Assembly: GCA_041686025.1 (NCBI GenBank)
Contig: JAWLEP010000010.1
Location: 1 to 41,295 of the forward strand
DNA: 41,295 bases
Direction of reading: 5' to 3'
Source of the DNA: Candidatus Fermentibacteraceae bacterium
Lineage (GTDB): Bacteria; Fermentibacterota; Fermentibacteria; Fermentibacterales; JCC-6
The notes beneath the pieces were generated by a model that was not told the origin of the DNA, made no database searches, and saw only the letters and a list, made by a program, of their open reading frames with translations. This document shows positions 25,967 to 34,840 of the stretch, one piece after another; the stretch's first letter is position 1; every line of letters starts with the position of its first letter. A program made the position numbers and the translations under genes.

Positions 25967-28312
25967 TCAGTCCAGTATGTCCTCCACCTGCTCGGTCCAG
26001 GTGGCGTCGAAGGCCGCCCTCCAGGATTTCCCCTCGGCCAGCTTCCGGGCCTTCCGGGACATCTCCCCCAGCCTCTCCGGGTTGTCCATCAGGCGCTCCA
26101 CTCCCCCGGCCAGGGCTTCGGGGTCCCTGCCCGCCACGATGATGCCCGTTCTCTCCGGGTCGATTATCTCCCTGGGGCCTCCCATGTCCGTAACCACGGC
26201 GGGGAGGCCGGACGCGTGGGCCTCCAGGACCACGTTTCCGTAGGTGTCGGTGGTGCTGGGGAAGACGAAGAGGTCGCCGGAGGCGTAAGCGGCGTAGAGC
26301 TCGTCCCCCTTGAGTATTCCCGTGAAGAAGCCACCCTTGCCGGTGAGCTCCCGGACCATCTCGCCCAGGTATGGCCCGTCCCCCACCACGAAGAGCTCCA
26401 CGTTCCGACCCCTGCCGCGAAGCAGGTGCAGGGCCTGGGCCAGGACGTCCAGGTCCTTCTCCCTGGACACCCTGCCCACGTATACCAGCTTGAAGGAGTC
26501 CGGGCTTCCCCCGAACCGCCCGAAGAAGTCGGGGTCCCTGTGGCCCGGAGAGAACCGTCCGCTGTCTATGCCCCTGGGGAACAGGCGCATCTTCTCCCTG
26601 GGGACCCCCTGCTGCTGCAGGTCGTCCATGTAGTAGCCGCTGGGCACCAGGACCCGGTCCATGGCCCCCATGAACCAGCCGGTGTAGGAGCCGGCTATCT
26701 CCCCCATCCGGGCGTCCTGGACTATCTGGTTCACGTGGCGGGCGAAGTCGGTGTGGTGTATGCCCACGCAGGGTATGCCCAGCAGCTTCCCTATACCCAG
26801 GGCCACCAGCCCCACCGGTCCGGGGGTGGATATGTAGAGCATGCCTATCCCGTTCTCGTCCACGAACCTCAGCATCTCCAGGAAGGGGGGGATGGAGAGG
26901 GTCTTCGAGCTGTAGTCGGGTATGGGGAACTCCTTTATCGGCTTGAAGTTGACAACCCATCCCGGGAAGGACACCGGCCTGCTCTGACAGGAGAGGACGG
27001 CCAGCTCCCGGCCGGTCTCCAGGGCCAGTCCGCTGTAGCGCTGCAGCGTCCTGGAGACCCCGTTGAGGTCGTCTATGGTGTCGGTGAACCAGGCCCTCCT
27101 GCCGCTGTCCAGCCTGCCCAGCTCCCGTCCGGTGAGCTCGCGGGATATGCGCCTCACCGCCTCCCGGCCCCTGCGGGATATGAAGTAGAACAGCGGGTAG
27201 GGGGCGGAGAGCATCAGCAGCGGGGCCAGGGCGGTTATTGCCTCCATCGCCTCCAGTATGCGCCCCTTCTCCATCCTGGACGCCAGCATGGTTATGAAGC
27301 GCTCGGCGAACCTGTTGGTGAGGTTGTTCATTATCTCGAAGGTCCGCTCGTCTATGGTGCCCCCCAGGTCGCTGCTGTTGATCCAGAGGTCCTTGCCGAT
27401 CTCCAGGAGCTGGTCGTTGACGAACTCCTCCAGCTCCGAGCCCGCCACCGCCCTGCCCAGCACCTTGTGCAGAACGCCGTCGGCCCTGTGCCACAGGGTG
27501 GGCTCGGACTCGCTGCTCAGCCCCGGACGGAAGAACCTGTCCGCCGCCTCGGTGGTGATCCTGGGGACCTTCTTCGACAGCATCCTGTCCCTGTAGAAGG
27601 AGTAGGCAATGGAGTAGACGGAGTAGGCGCCCCGGATGGCGCTGCCGTGCTGGCCGCCGGGCAGCCCCTCCCCCCGGCGGATTCCCTCAAGGTACTCCTC
27701 CACCGTCTCCGCGCCCGTGACTCCCGTGTGGGTAAGGCCCAGGAAGCGGCCGCAGTGGTCGTCGGAACCTCCCACGAAGCCCACGGCGGGATCCAGGGAC
27801 CCCACCACCTCTCTCACCGCTTCGTTCTCCACCCTGGACCGGCCGCCGTTGATGCCCTCCACCAGGCTGATCCTGCCCAGCACCTCCCGGAAGTCCTCCG
27901 CCGTCAGCGGGGCCCCGGGAAAGTGGAAGGGATGGGCCATGGCCGTGGCGACGCCCTGCTCCTCGAGGTAGTCCATGAGGGAGTGGAAGTCCTCGCGCAG
28001 CCGGACGATCTCCTCGTGCTGGGCGGGCTCGATTCCCAGGACCAGAAGGTGTATCACCGCCTCCCGCCCGGGCAGCCTCACCCCCACCTCCTCGCTGACG
28101 AAGACGTTGTCGTGGTGGGATATGGACATGACGCCGTCTATGGTGTTGATGTCCGTTATGGTCACGAAGTCCATGCCCCGCTCCATGGCCTTCTCGTAGA
28201 CCAGCTCGGGGGGGGTCAGGCTCTCGGGCACCTTCAGCGACCGCAGTATCCACAGCGAGGTCTCCCGGGAATGGTTGGAGTGCACGTGTATGTCACAGAG
28301 CGCTGTTCTCAA
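25967..28312 (-). CDS. PHP-domain / GT4 (GT-B) glycosyltransferase fusion
   Basis: N-terminal DIHVHS, TITDIN, AHP and GGSDDH (PHP); C-terminal DTIDDLNGV, HHTD, YVGRVSREK and FPSTTDTYGNVVLEAHASGLP (GT4). Confidence 0.9.
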   Translation of the reverse strand: MRTALCDIHVHSNHSRETSLWILRSLKVPESLTPPELVYEKAMERGMDFVTITDINTIDGVMSISHHDNVFVSEEVGVRLPGREAVIHLLVLGIEPAQHEEIVRLREDFHSLMDYLEEQGVATAMAHPFHFPGAPLTAEDFREVLGRISLVEGINGGRSRVENEAVREVVGSLDPAVGFVGGSDDHCGRFLGLTHTGVTGAETVEEYLEGIRRGEGLPGGQHGSAIRGAYSVYSIAYSFYRDRMLSKKVPRITTEAADRFFRPGLSSESEPTLWHRADGVLHKVLGRAVAGSELEEFVNDQLLEIGKDLWINSSDLGGTIDERTFEIMNNLTNRFAERFITMLASRMEKGRILEAMEAITALAPLLMLSAPYPLFYFISRRGREAVRRISRELTGRELGRLDSGRRAWFTDTIDDLNGVSRTLQRYSGLALETGRELAVLSCQSRPVSFPGWVVNFKPIKEFPIPDYSSKTLSIPPFLEMLRFVDENGIGMLYISTPGPVGLVALGIGKLLGIPCVGIHHTDFARHVNQIVQDARMGEIAGSYTGWFMGAMDRVLVPSGYYMDDLQQQGVPREKMRLFPRGIDSGRFSPGHRDPDFFGRFGGSPDSFKLVYVGRVSREKDLDVLAQALHLLRGRGRNVELFVVGDGPYLGEMVRELTGKGGFFTGILKGDELYAAYASGDLFVFPSTTDTYGNVVLEAHASGLPAVVTDMGGPREIIDPERTGIIVAGRDPEALAGGVERLMDNPERLGEMSRKARKLAEGKSWRAAFDATWTEQVEDILD

Positions 28313-28374
28313 GGCCCCTCCCGTCCGACTTGCCGGTTGTGGCGATCATCGCTGAACCTATGTATATGCAACGT

Positions 28375-29373
28375 TCACCTTCCGGCAGCGACCCCCTCGC
28401 CGGCCACCAGCAGCCGTATGGGGCCCGAGCCGGCCGGCAGGGTGTCCACGGCCTCCCCTGCCGCAGGGTCCCAGACCAGAACCGCATCGGCTGAGAAGCT
28501 GGCCACGTAGACCAGGCCGCCGTGGAGGACGGCGTCGGTGGCCGGCATGCCCACCTCCATGGTCTCCGAGACGCCGGTCTCGTCGTAGACCAGCAGCCCG
28601 GCGGAGTCCATGGCCAGAAGCCAGCCGCAGGCCCACTCCCTGGGCCGCGCCGAGATGCTGGGAGTGGCCCCCAGGTCTACCTGGGCCCGGACCTCGCCGG
28701 TGTAGGCGTCAAGCAGGGCCACCGCTCCGTCCTCCTGGTAGGACGTGGTCAGCACATGGACCTCCCCTGCCCCGGCGCTGGAGGCCTCGAAGGCGTTCTG
28801 GGGGGTCTGCACCGTATCCGTAACCGCCCAGGAGACCGGATCGACCACGGAGACCATGCCGATGGAGTCCAGGGTCCCGTAGCCGTGGCTCACCCAGAGG
28901 AGGCCTCCCGAGGCTGCGATTCCGCTGGGGTAGGGAGCCGTGTCCAGGTACCTCGCGACGGTCATGTCGGCGGGGTCTATCTCGGCTATTCCCGACCCCA
29001 GGAGCATGGTCACGTAGAGCATTCCGTCCCGGCCGGCGATGGTGTAGGGGTTGGCCCCCGCCGGCAGCTGGGCGGCGGCCTGCGGGGGACCGGACCCGGA
29101 GAGGTCGAACAGCTCCACCCTGTCCTCGAGGGAGCAGACCACGGCCAGCATGCCGTCTTCGGTGAGGAGCGCATCGTTGGGCGAGGAGCCGGTAACGTAG
29201 GCGGACGATACGATGGAGTCCGACTCCGGGTAGTAGAGATCCACGGTATTGGACATCGCGTTTACGCAGACCACCGCGTCCCCGGAGGGATTGGCCCCCC
29301 CCGGGGGACCCGCCGGGTCTCCGCATCCGGACAGCAGGGCCGCAGCGGCCGCCGTCAGCAGCATGGTCCTCAT
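28375..29373 (-). CDS. YncE-like beta-propeller lipoprotein (BtuG-like cobalamin-binding candidate)
   Basis: Lipobox LLSG-C; repeated blades (TGSSPND, GANPYTI, APYPSGI, GSGPIRL); ATGA overlap with the upstream TonB-dependent receptor. Confidence 0.7.
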   Translation of the reverse strand: MRTMLLTAAAAALLSGCGDPAGPPGGANPSGDAVVCVNAMSNTVDLYYPESDSIVSSAYVTGSSPNDALLTEDGMLAVVCSLEDRVELFDLSGSGPPQAAAQLPAGANPYTIAGRDGMLYVTMLLGSGIAEIDPADMTVARYLDTAPYPSGIAASGGLLWVSHGYGTLDSIGMVSVVDPVSWAVTDTVQTPQNAFEASSAGAGEVHVLTTSYQEDGAVALLDAYTGEVRAQVDLGATPSISARPREWACGWLLAMDSAGLLVYDETGVSETMEVGMPATDAVLHGGLVYVASFSADAVLVWDPAAGEAVDTLPAGSGPIRLLVAGEGVAAGR

Positions 29374-31307
29374 TCGCTTTCCTTCCACTGAAGCATGACG
29401 GCCACGCTCCGGGGGTCACCGGGATAGCCGTCGGTCACCTCGTACTCCCGGTCGGTGAGGTTCCGGCCGTCCACCCGGAGGCCTACCCCCGGCGACAGGT
29501 CAAGCGAGACCCCGGCCCCCAGCAGCCAGTAGCCGGGCAGGTAGTCGGTCTGGGTGCGGTTGCGGTAGGAGAGGCTGCGGCCGGAGGCCCGGCAGCTGAC
29601 CGCAAAGGGCCCCAGATCCAGGGACGCCCAGCCTCCCCCCACCAGGTCCGGCCGGTAGGGCATCCGGCAGCCGCAGCTGGAGGCTCCCTCCGTCCGGTCC
29701 ACCGCCGAGGAGGCGGTGAGGCTGCCCCGCAGCCCCAGCCTTCCCGCGACCAGCTCCCCCTGCAGCTCCAGGCCCGCGCGCCTCACCCTGGAGACGTTAT
29801 CCGGCCTCCATACGCCGTCGGCTTCGGGCAGCCAGGTGATCTGGTCCCGGGTGGAGGCCAGGTAGCCGCAGGCCGAGGCACTGGCCCCCGCCCAGGACCC
29901 GGCCAGCCCCAACTCGCCCTCCAGGGCGGTCTCCGGCTGCAGCTCGCCGTTGCCTTCGGCGAATGCGTCCTTAGGCCAGTAGAGGTCGTTGAAGGTGGGC
30001 CTGCGAAAGCTCCTGGCCCCGCTGCAGTATGCCGAGAGGCCGGTCCCGGGCACCGGAATCGAAGCCGACGCCGAGGCGCTCAGGCCCACCTCTCCGTCAT
30101 CCGCGGCGTCCAGCCGCGCCTCGGCCCGCACCGCCACGGGCCCCAGGTCTTCGGCCAGCACGAGGCGTCCGTTGGCCGACGTCCTCTCGCGGTTTCCTAT
30201 GGACGTGCTCCTGGCCCCCTCCACCCCTGCGCCCAGCCCCAGGGCAAGCCACTCGGAGGCGTTCCAGACGCCCTCGCCCCCCAGGGAGATCTGCCGGTGT
30301 GTGTCTTCCGTCTCCTGTGGGAACTCCGTCCGGTAGTCGGTAACCTCCCCCATGCCGTCCAGCGACAGCTCGAAGGACCCGGCCTCCAGGTCGGCCCACC
30401 CCGCCATGCCGGTGCTGCTCCGCCAGCCGGCGGACAGGGGTGACCAGGTTGGGGGTTCGGTCTCCCCCCGGGCAGTCCGAACCAGCCCTCCCCACCTGCA
30501 GCCTCCCGCGAGCCCGGACACCAGTGCCGAGGAGGCCAGTCCCTGCCCCTTCCCCTCCAGCCTTCGCAGGCCGATGCTCAGCCCGGCGTCCCCCAGCCCG
30601 GCCGAGGCCCTTAGGCCGGCCGCGCCTCGGCTGCCGCCCCATATATGGAGCATGTCCGGAGCGGACGGGCCCGGGGTCAGCAGGTTCACCGAGCCGGATA
30701 TGGCCCCGGGCTCCGCCGACGAGGCGCCGCCCCTGGCCACCTCCACCCCCCTGAACATTCCCATGTCCAGGTCCGCGGGCCCCATCCCGTCCAGGGGGCT
30801 CTGAAACCGATGGCCGTCTATGGAGAACCCCGTCTGTCCCGCCTCGGCCCCCCTCACGGACACCGACAGGACCCTCATGCCCCCGCCGTAGTCCCTGACG
30901 TAGATTCCGGGGGAGGAAGCGTGCAGCTCGGCGGCGATTCCGTCGTGGGGGGCGGAGAGGGTTCGAGAGCGCACCAGGCTGGTGGAGGGCGCCCGGAGCC
31001 GCATGCTGCCGCCGGCATCCGCGGTGACGGGGATCACCACCCCGGAGGGGACCGCGGCTTCCCGCAGCTCTACGGTGGAGTCCCCCGAGAGCTCGCCCCT
31101 CCAGCTTTCGTATCCGATGGCGGCAACGGTAACCGTCGCCGCCTCCTCCGGCAGCTCCGCCCTGCCGCAGCTGTCCGTGGGGACTGCGGCGCCGCCGGCT
31201 GTATGTACCGTGGCCCTAAGCGGACGTCCCCTCCGGTCGGTGACCACCAGGACGGATGCCGGGGCGGCTGCGGCGGCCATAATGGCTGCGCAAAGCAGAG
31301 CTTTCAT
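29370..31307 (-). CDS. btuB: TonB-dependent receptor, probable cobalamin transporter
   Basis: Plug motifs PGIYVRDYGG..SVSVRG and VEVARGGASS..GAISGSVNL; barrel motifs FRRPTFNDLYW, GNGELQPE and NLTDREYE..GYP; downstream of a cobalamin riboswitch. Confidence 0.85.
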   Translation of the reverse strand: MKALLCAAIMAAAAAPASVLVVTDRRGRPLRATVHTAGGAAVPTDSCGRAELPEEAATVTVAAIGYESWRGELSGDSTVELREAAVPSGVVIPVTADAGGSMRLRAPSTSLVRSRTLSAPHDGIAAELHASSPGIYVRDYGGGMRVLSVSVRGAEAGQTGFSIDGHRFQSPLDGMGPADLDMGMFRGVEVARGGASSAEPGAISGSVNLLTPGPSAPDMLHIWGGSRGAAGLRASAGLGDAGLSIGLRRLEGKGQGLASSALVSGLAGGCRWGGLVRTARGETEPPTWSPLSAGWRSSTGMAGWADLEAGSFELSLDGMGEVTDYRTEFPQETEDTHRQISLGGEGVWNASEWLALGLGAGVEGARSTSIGNRERTSANGRLVLAEDLGPVAVRAEARLDAADDGEVGLSASASASIPVPGTGLSAYCSGARSFRRPTFNDLYWPKDAFAEGNGELQPETALEGELGLAGSWAGASASACGYLASTRDQITWLPEADGVWRPDNVSRVRRAGLELQGELVAGRLGLRGSLTASSAVDRTEGASSCGCRMPYRPDLVGGGWASLDLGPFAVSCRASGRSLSYRNRTQTDYLPGYWLLGAGVSLDLSPGVGLRVDGRNLTDREYEVTDGYPGDPRSVAVMLQWKESE

Positions 31308-31387
31308 CGTTCTCAGGTCGGCACCTCCGGCCGGAGGCAGCTGGCGGGCTGGCCGGCGCCGGCCTGGTGGGGCCGGACATCCGTGCC

Positions 31388-31532
31388 GCGGCGCAGTATC
31401 CTGACTTCCGGATCGTCCCCTTGCCCGGCCTTCCCGCCCCCCTGGGGCAGTGGCCCTTGCTCCTACGGGCTCGGGTCCCCGGTTACAGTGGCGCCACCGT
31501 GACGGACTCTCACCGTCTTCCTGCGCACCCGC
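31388..31532 (-). ncRNA. Cobalamin riboswitch
   Basis: Minus strand GCGCAGGAA-GACGG-TGAGAGT-CCGTC-ACGGTGGCGCCACTGTAA...GCCACTG...GGGAAGGC...GGAAGTCAGGATACTGCGC (B12 box), upstream of the TonB-dependent receptor. Confidence 0.92.
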
Positions 31533-31572
31533 AGCTGGGTTTCAGTTCCGTTGGCCCGGATAATATACCGCC

Positions 31573-32883
31573 TCAGGCCCCGGTCCAGAAGTCCCTCCGG
31601 GTCTCGCCGCCGCCGGCCATGGTCATGGCCTGGGCGATGGAGTGGTCCATGTTGTTGTACCAGAAGCTGCCGCAGCGGCCCAGAAGGTGCAGGCCCCGGG
31701 GAGGCTTCAGCCCCTCCAGGCTCCTCCTGTAGCCCAGGTCGTACACCGGGTAGGTCTCGGCTATGCGAATGGGCCTCACGAACTCCACCCTGACCGGGTC
31801 CACCGCCCCCACCCTGTCCAGGTCCGCCACTATCCTGGAGGTCATGCTCTCCGGATTCCGCCATACGCTGCTGTCGCTGCGGCAGGTGACCTCCGCGGTG
31901 ATGCTGTCCCTCCCGGCCGGCACAGCGTCCGGGGAGAAGTTGGAGGGTACGGTGGTCCTGCTGAACGCCACCTCCTCCTGGCCGAAGTAGCACCACTGGT
32001 AGTCGTTTCCGGCGGGCTCGGCCAGACCCACGCAGTAGAGGACGGTATTGATGAACCGCAGCCCCGACTCCGGATAGAGCAGGGATACCGGAGCCGACCA
32101 GTAGACCTCGTCGGCATCCAGCGTCTCCCCACCCTGCAGGTGGACGCCCGTCACCCGCCCGCCCTCCTGGCGGACCCCGGTGGCGGTGCAGCAGGTCCGC
32201 ACCTCTCCCCCCATGGACTCTATGCGCCGGGCCAGAATGTCTGAGAAGAGCTGTATCCCACCTTCTGAAGGGTAGATGAAGCTGGTAGAGACCGGCTTGG
32301 GAAGCAGCAGTCCTCCCAGCAGGGACAGCAGGCTGTCGGCCTTCACCCGCTTGTCTATCACCGCCCGGTTCACACCGGCCTCCGCCCAGTCCGAATGGAG
32401 CTCCTCGGCGTCCACTCCCGTGAACTTCCTGGTGTAGCCGCTGAAGAAGAAGGTGTAGAGGTTGGGCCCGTACCGGTTTCTTATGTAATCGGCAAAGGAG
32501 CTTACATCCCCGCGTCGGACCCGGAAGAGGTCCAGGAAGCTGGGCGCCAGGACCCGCAGCGGCAGCCTCAGCACGGTGGCCAGGGTGAGGGGCCAGGTGT
32601 GGTAGCGGCCCAGCAGGTACACGGAGCTGGCCCGGGGTATGGTGATGCTGCGCCCCTGCAGGACCTCCTGCACGTATTCCAGGACCTTCGCGTCAAGGGT
32701 GTGGAATCGGTGAGGGCCGACGTCGAAGAGGAAATCCCCGTGACGGAACGTCCTGGCCAGCCCCCCCGGCCGGCTGCCCCGCTCCAGGACCTGCACCGAA
32801 AGGTCTCCGTCGTTCCGGCCCAGAAGACGCTCGGCCAGGGTCAGACCGGCCACCCCGGCTCCCACCACCACTGCCCTGCTCAC
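31573..32883 (-). CDS. FAD-dependent oxidoreductase, UDP-galactopyranose-mutase/protoporphyrinogen-oxidase-like
   Basis: True start is GTG 32883 (GTGA overlap); VVVGAGVAGL, ERGSRPGGL, FDVGPHRFH, FIYPSEGG and LLGRCGSFWYNNMDHS. Confidence 0.85.
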   Translation of the reverse strand: MSRAVVVGAGVAGLTLAERLLGRNDGDLSVQVLERGSRPGGLARTFRHGDFLFDVGPHRFHTLDAKVLEYVQEVLQGRSITIPRASSVYLLGRYHTWPLTLATVLRLPLRVLAPSFLDLFRVRRGDVSSFADYIRNRYGPNLYTFFFSGYTRKFTGVDAEELHSDWAEAGVNRAVIDKRVKADSLLSLLGGLLLPKPVSTSFIYPSEGGIQLFSDILARRIESMGGEVRTCCTATGVRQEGGRVTGVHLQGGETLDADEVYWSAPVSLLYPESGLRFINTVLYCVGLAEPAGNDYQWCYFGQEEVAFSRTTVPSNFSPDAVPAGRDSITAEVTCRSDSSVWRNPESMTSRIVADLDRVGAVDPVRVEFVRPIRIAETYPVYDLGYRRSLEGLKPPRGLHLLGRCGSFWYNNMDHSIAQAMTMAGGGETRRDFWTGA

Positions 32884-33869
32884 CCTGCCGTCTCCCCCCC
32901 TCGGGACCGTCTGCCGGTCAGCACAAACGGCAGCGCGGCCAGCATAACCAGTATGGCCATGGCCAGCCAGAGTATGTGCACGCTGAAGCCGGCCCGCACC
33001 ACCTCTGCCCCCCCTATCCCGGCCATGGCGAACCCCGCCGTCCAGCCCGCCTCCACGGTACCCACTCCCAGCAGGCCGTGAACGGGAAGGGCCATGGTCA
33101 GGTCTGTTACCGCGAAGGCGGCGAACAGCTTCCAGACCGGCAGCCCCCCCAGGGGCTGCGAGACCGCCCGCAGCAGCATGAGGAACATCAGCATCTTGAG
33201 GATCCAGATCCCCAGGGAGATGCCCAGCCCGGCCACCAGCCGCAGGGGGCTTTTGCGGTAGCTGGAGGCGCATCGCAGCTCGCGGTACCAGCGCAGCAGG
33301 GCATGGCCCCGGGAGAGCCTTGTGGAAGCCGCGGCCACCGGACGGCGGATCCAGCGGAGCACCCGGGGCAACAGAAGCACTCCCAGCACCCCCGCGGCCG
33401 CTACGGCCGGGGCCACCGCCGCAGCGGCGCCGCCGGTGCCCGCGGCCACCGCCACGGCCACCACCGACCCCATGGCCACCAGGTCCAGGAGCTTCGACAC
33501 TATCACCACTCCGGTACCGTCACCCAGGGGGACCGAGGCGTGATGGCGGAACAGGCCCACCACGGCCAGGTCCGACAGCCGGACCGGGAGCAGGTGTCCC
33601 AGCCCTATGTGCACCGAGGTGAGGGGAACGGCGCTGCCCAGTCCGATCTCGGTCCTCAGGGAGAGGACCTTCCAGCGCACCGCCCGCAGCAGCTGGCTGG
33701 CCACGAAGAGCCCCAGGGCAGCCGCCAGGAGGCCGCCGTCGGCCCCGGATATGCTCTGCCGGACCGAATCCACCACGGCGGCCAGGCCGCCCGACGACCT
33801 GATCAGCAGCCAGGCGAGAACCCCTCCCAGCACCACTCCGGCCAGGGCTCTTGCTGTCCCCCTTCTCAT
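32880..33869 (-). CDS. Lysylphosphatidylglycerol-synthase TM / flippase-like (UPF0104) membrane protein
   Basis: Multi-TM; 'LRAVRW', 'LLPVRLSD', 'SKLLDL' and 'P.HGLLGVGTVEAG'. Confidence 0.8.
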   Translation of the reverse strand: MRRGTARALAGVVLGGVLAWLLIRSSGGLAAVVDSVRQSISGADGGLLAAALGLFVASQLLRAVRWKVLSLRTEIGLGSAVPLTSVHIGLGHLLPVRLSDLAVVGLFRHHASVPLGDGTGVVIVSKLLDLVAMGSVVAVAVAAGTGGAAAAVAPAVAAAGVLGVLLLPRVLRWIRRPVAAASTRLSRGHALLRWYRELRCASSYRKSPLRLVAGLGISLGIWILKMLMFLMLLRAVSQPLGGLPVWKLFAAFAVTDLTMALPVHGLLGVGTVEAGWTAGFAMAGIGGAEVVRAGFSVHILWLAMAILVMLAALPFVLTGRRSRGGETAG

Positions 33870-33879
33870 TTCCGATAAT
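33851..33879 (+). promoter_or_regulatory. Putative sigma70 promoter of the ABC transporter
   Basis: TTGCTG-17 bp-GATAAT. Confidence 0.5.
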
Positions 33880-33922
33880 CCCACTTCCCTGTAGGTGGCA
33901 ACGAACCGGACGGGAAAACGGG

Positions 33923-33951
33923 ATTATGATCCAAATCCAGGGCATCTCCAA
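33923..33951 (-). promoter_or_regulatory. Putative sigma70 promoter of the flippase-oxidoreductase pair
   Basis: Minus strand TTGGAG-17 bp-CATAAT. Confidence 0.4.
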
Positions 33952-34840
33952 ATCCTTCGGCAGAACCCAGGCCCTGGACGATGTGACCCTGCAGGTGCCG
34001 GCCGGCAGCTCCATGGCTCTCCTGGGCCGGAACGGCGCCGGAAAGACAACCCTGGCAAAGGTGGTACTGGGCCTGGTGATGCCGGACTCCGGGACTGCCG
34101 CAGTAGGCACGGTGCCGGTCTCCGACCCCGCCTCGCGCAGGGAAGTCCGCTACCTTCCGGAGAACGTGGTCTTCCACGCCTGGGCCCGCCCCATGCAGCT
34201 CTTCGCGCAGCTGGAGCGGGTGAGGAGGTCGTCCACTCCCAGGGACTTCCGGGAGAGGGCGGCCCAGCTGGCCTGCGACCACCTCCTGAACCGTCCCATG
34301 GGCAGGATGTCCCGGGGCCAGAGGCAGCGCATCGCCCTTTCCCTCTGCACGTGCGGCAGCCCCGGGGTGCTGATACTGGACGAGCCCTCCAGCGGCCTCG
34401 ACCCCGAGGGACGGGTGCACCTGCGCAGCCTCATAAGGGAGCTCTCCGCCGGGGGGGCCACGCTGCTGCTGAACTCGCACCTGCTGGGAGAGGTGGAGAG
34501 CGTCTGCCGACGCGCCGCCTTCATACGGGAGGGCAGGCTGGTGGGAGAGGGAGTGCTGGACCAGCTTTCGCGGACCAGGGGCGAGGTGGAGGTCTCGGCG
34601 GCCAGACCGGCGGCACTGTCCGAAGCCCTGTGCGCCGGAGGCCTCGACGCCTCCGCCGAAGAGGACTCCCCCACGGTGACGGTCCGCCTGGGCCCCGGTG
34701 CCCCGAACCTCCGGCAGGTGACCGAGGCGGTGCTGGAGTCCGGAGAGGACTTCGACGGAATCAGCCTTCGAAGGGAGAACCTGGAGGACATCTTCATGAG
34801 GATGATGAAGGAGGACGGCTCTGTTTCTCAACACCCTTGA
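33926..34840 (+). CDS. ABC exporter ATP-binding protein
   Basis: GRNGAGKTT, MSRGQRQR, LILDEPSSGLDP, NSHLL and C-terminal 'NLEDIF'; start ATG 33926. Confidence 0.92.
   Translation: MIQIQGISKSFGRTQALDDVTLQVPAGSSMALLGRNGAGKTTLAKVVLGLVMPDSGTAAVGTVPVSDPASRREVRYLPENVVFHAWARPMQLFAQLERVRRSSTPRDFRERAAQLACDHLLNRPMGRMSRGQRQRIALSLCTCGSPGVLILDEPSSGLDPEGRVHLRSLIRELSAGGATLLLNSHLLGEVESVCRRAAFIREGRLVGEGVLDQLSRTRGEVEVSAARPAALSEALCAGGLDASAEEDSPTVTVRLGPGAPNLRQVTEAVLESGEDFDGISLRRENLEDIFMRMMKEDGSVSQHP

Noticed and set aside
25867..25990. tRNA-Pro as an integration site for an island
   Set aside because: No integrase, no duplicated tRNA 3' end and no compositional shift seen nearby.
25589..28510. 973-aa plus-strand ORF
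   Set aside because: Runs through the tRNA and antisense to the PHP-GT4 gene; no motifs.
32884..33273. N-terminal extension of the FAD oxidoreductase given by the ORF track
   Set aside because: Overlaps the flippase gene; the Rossmann motif begins right after GTG 32883.
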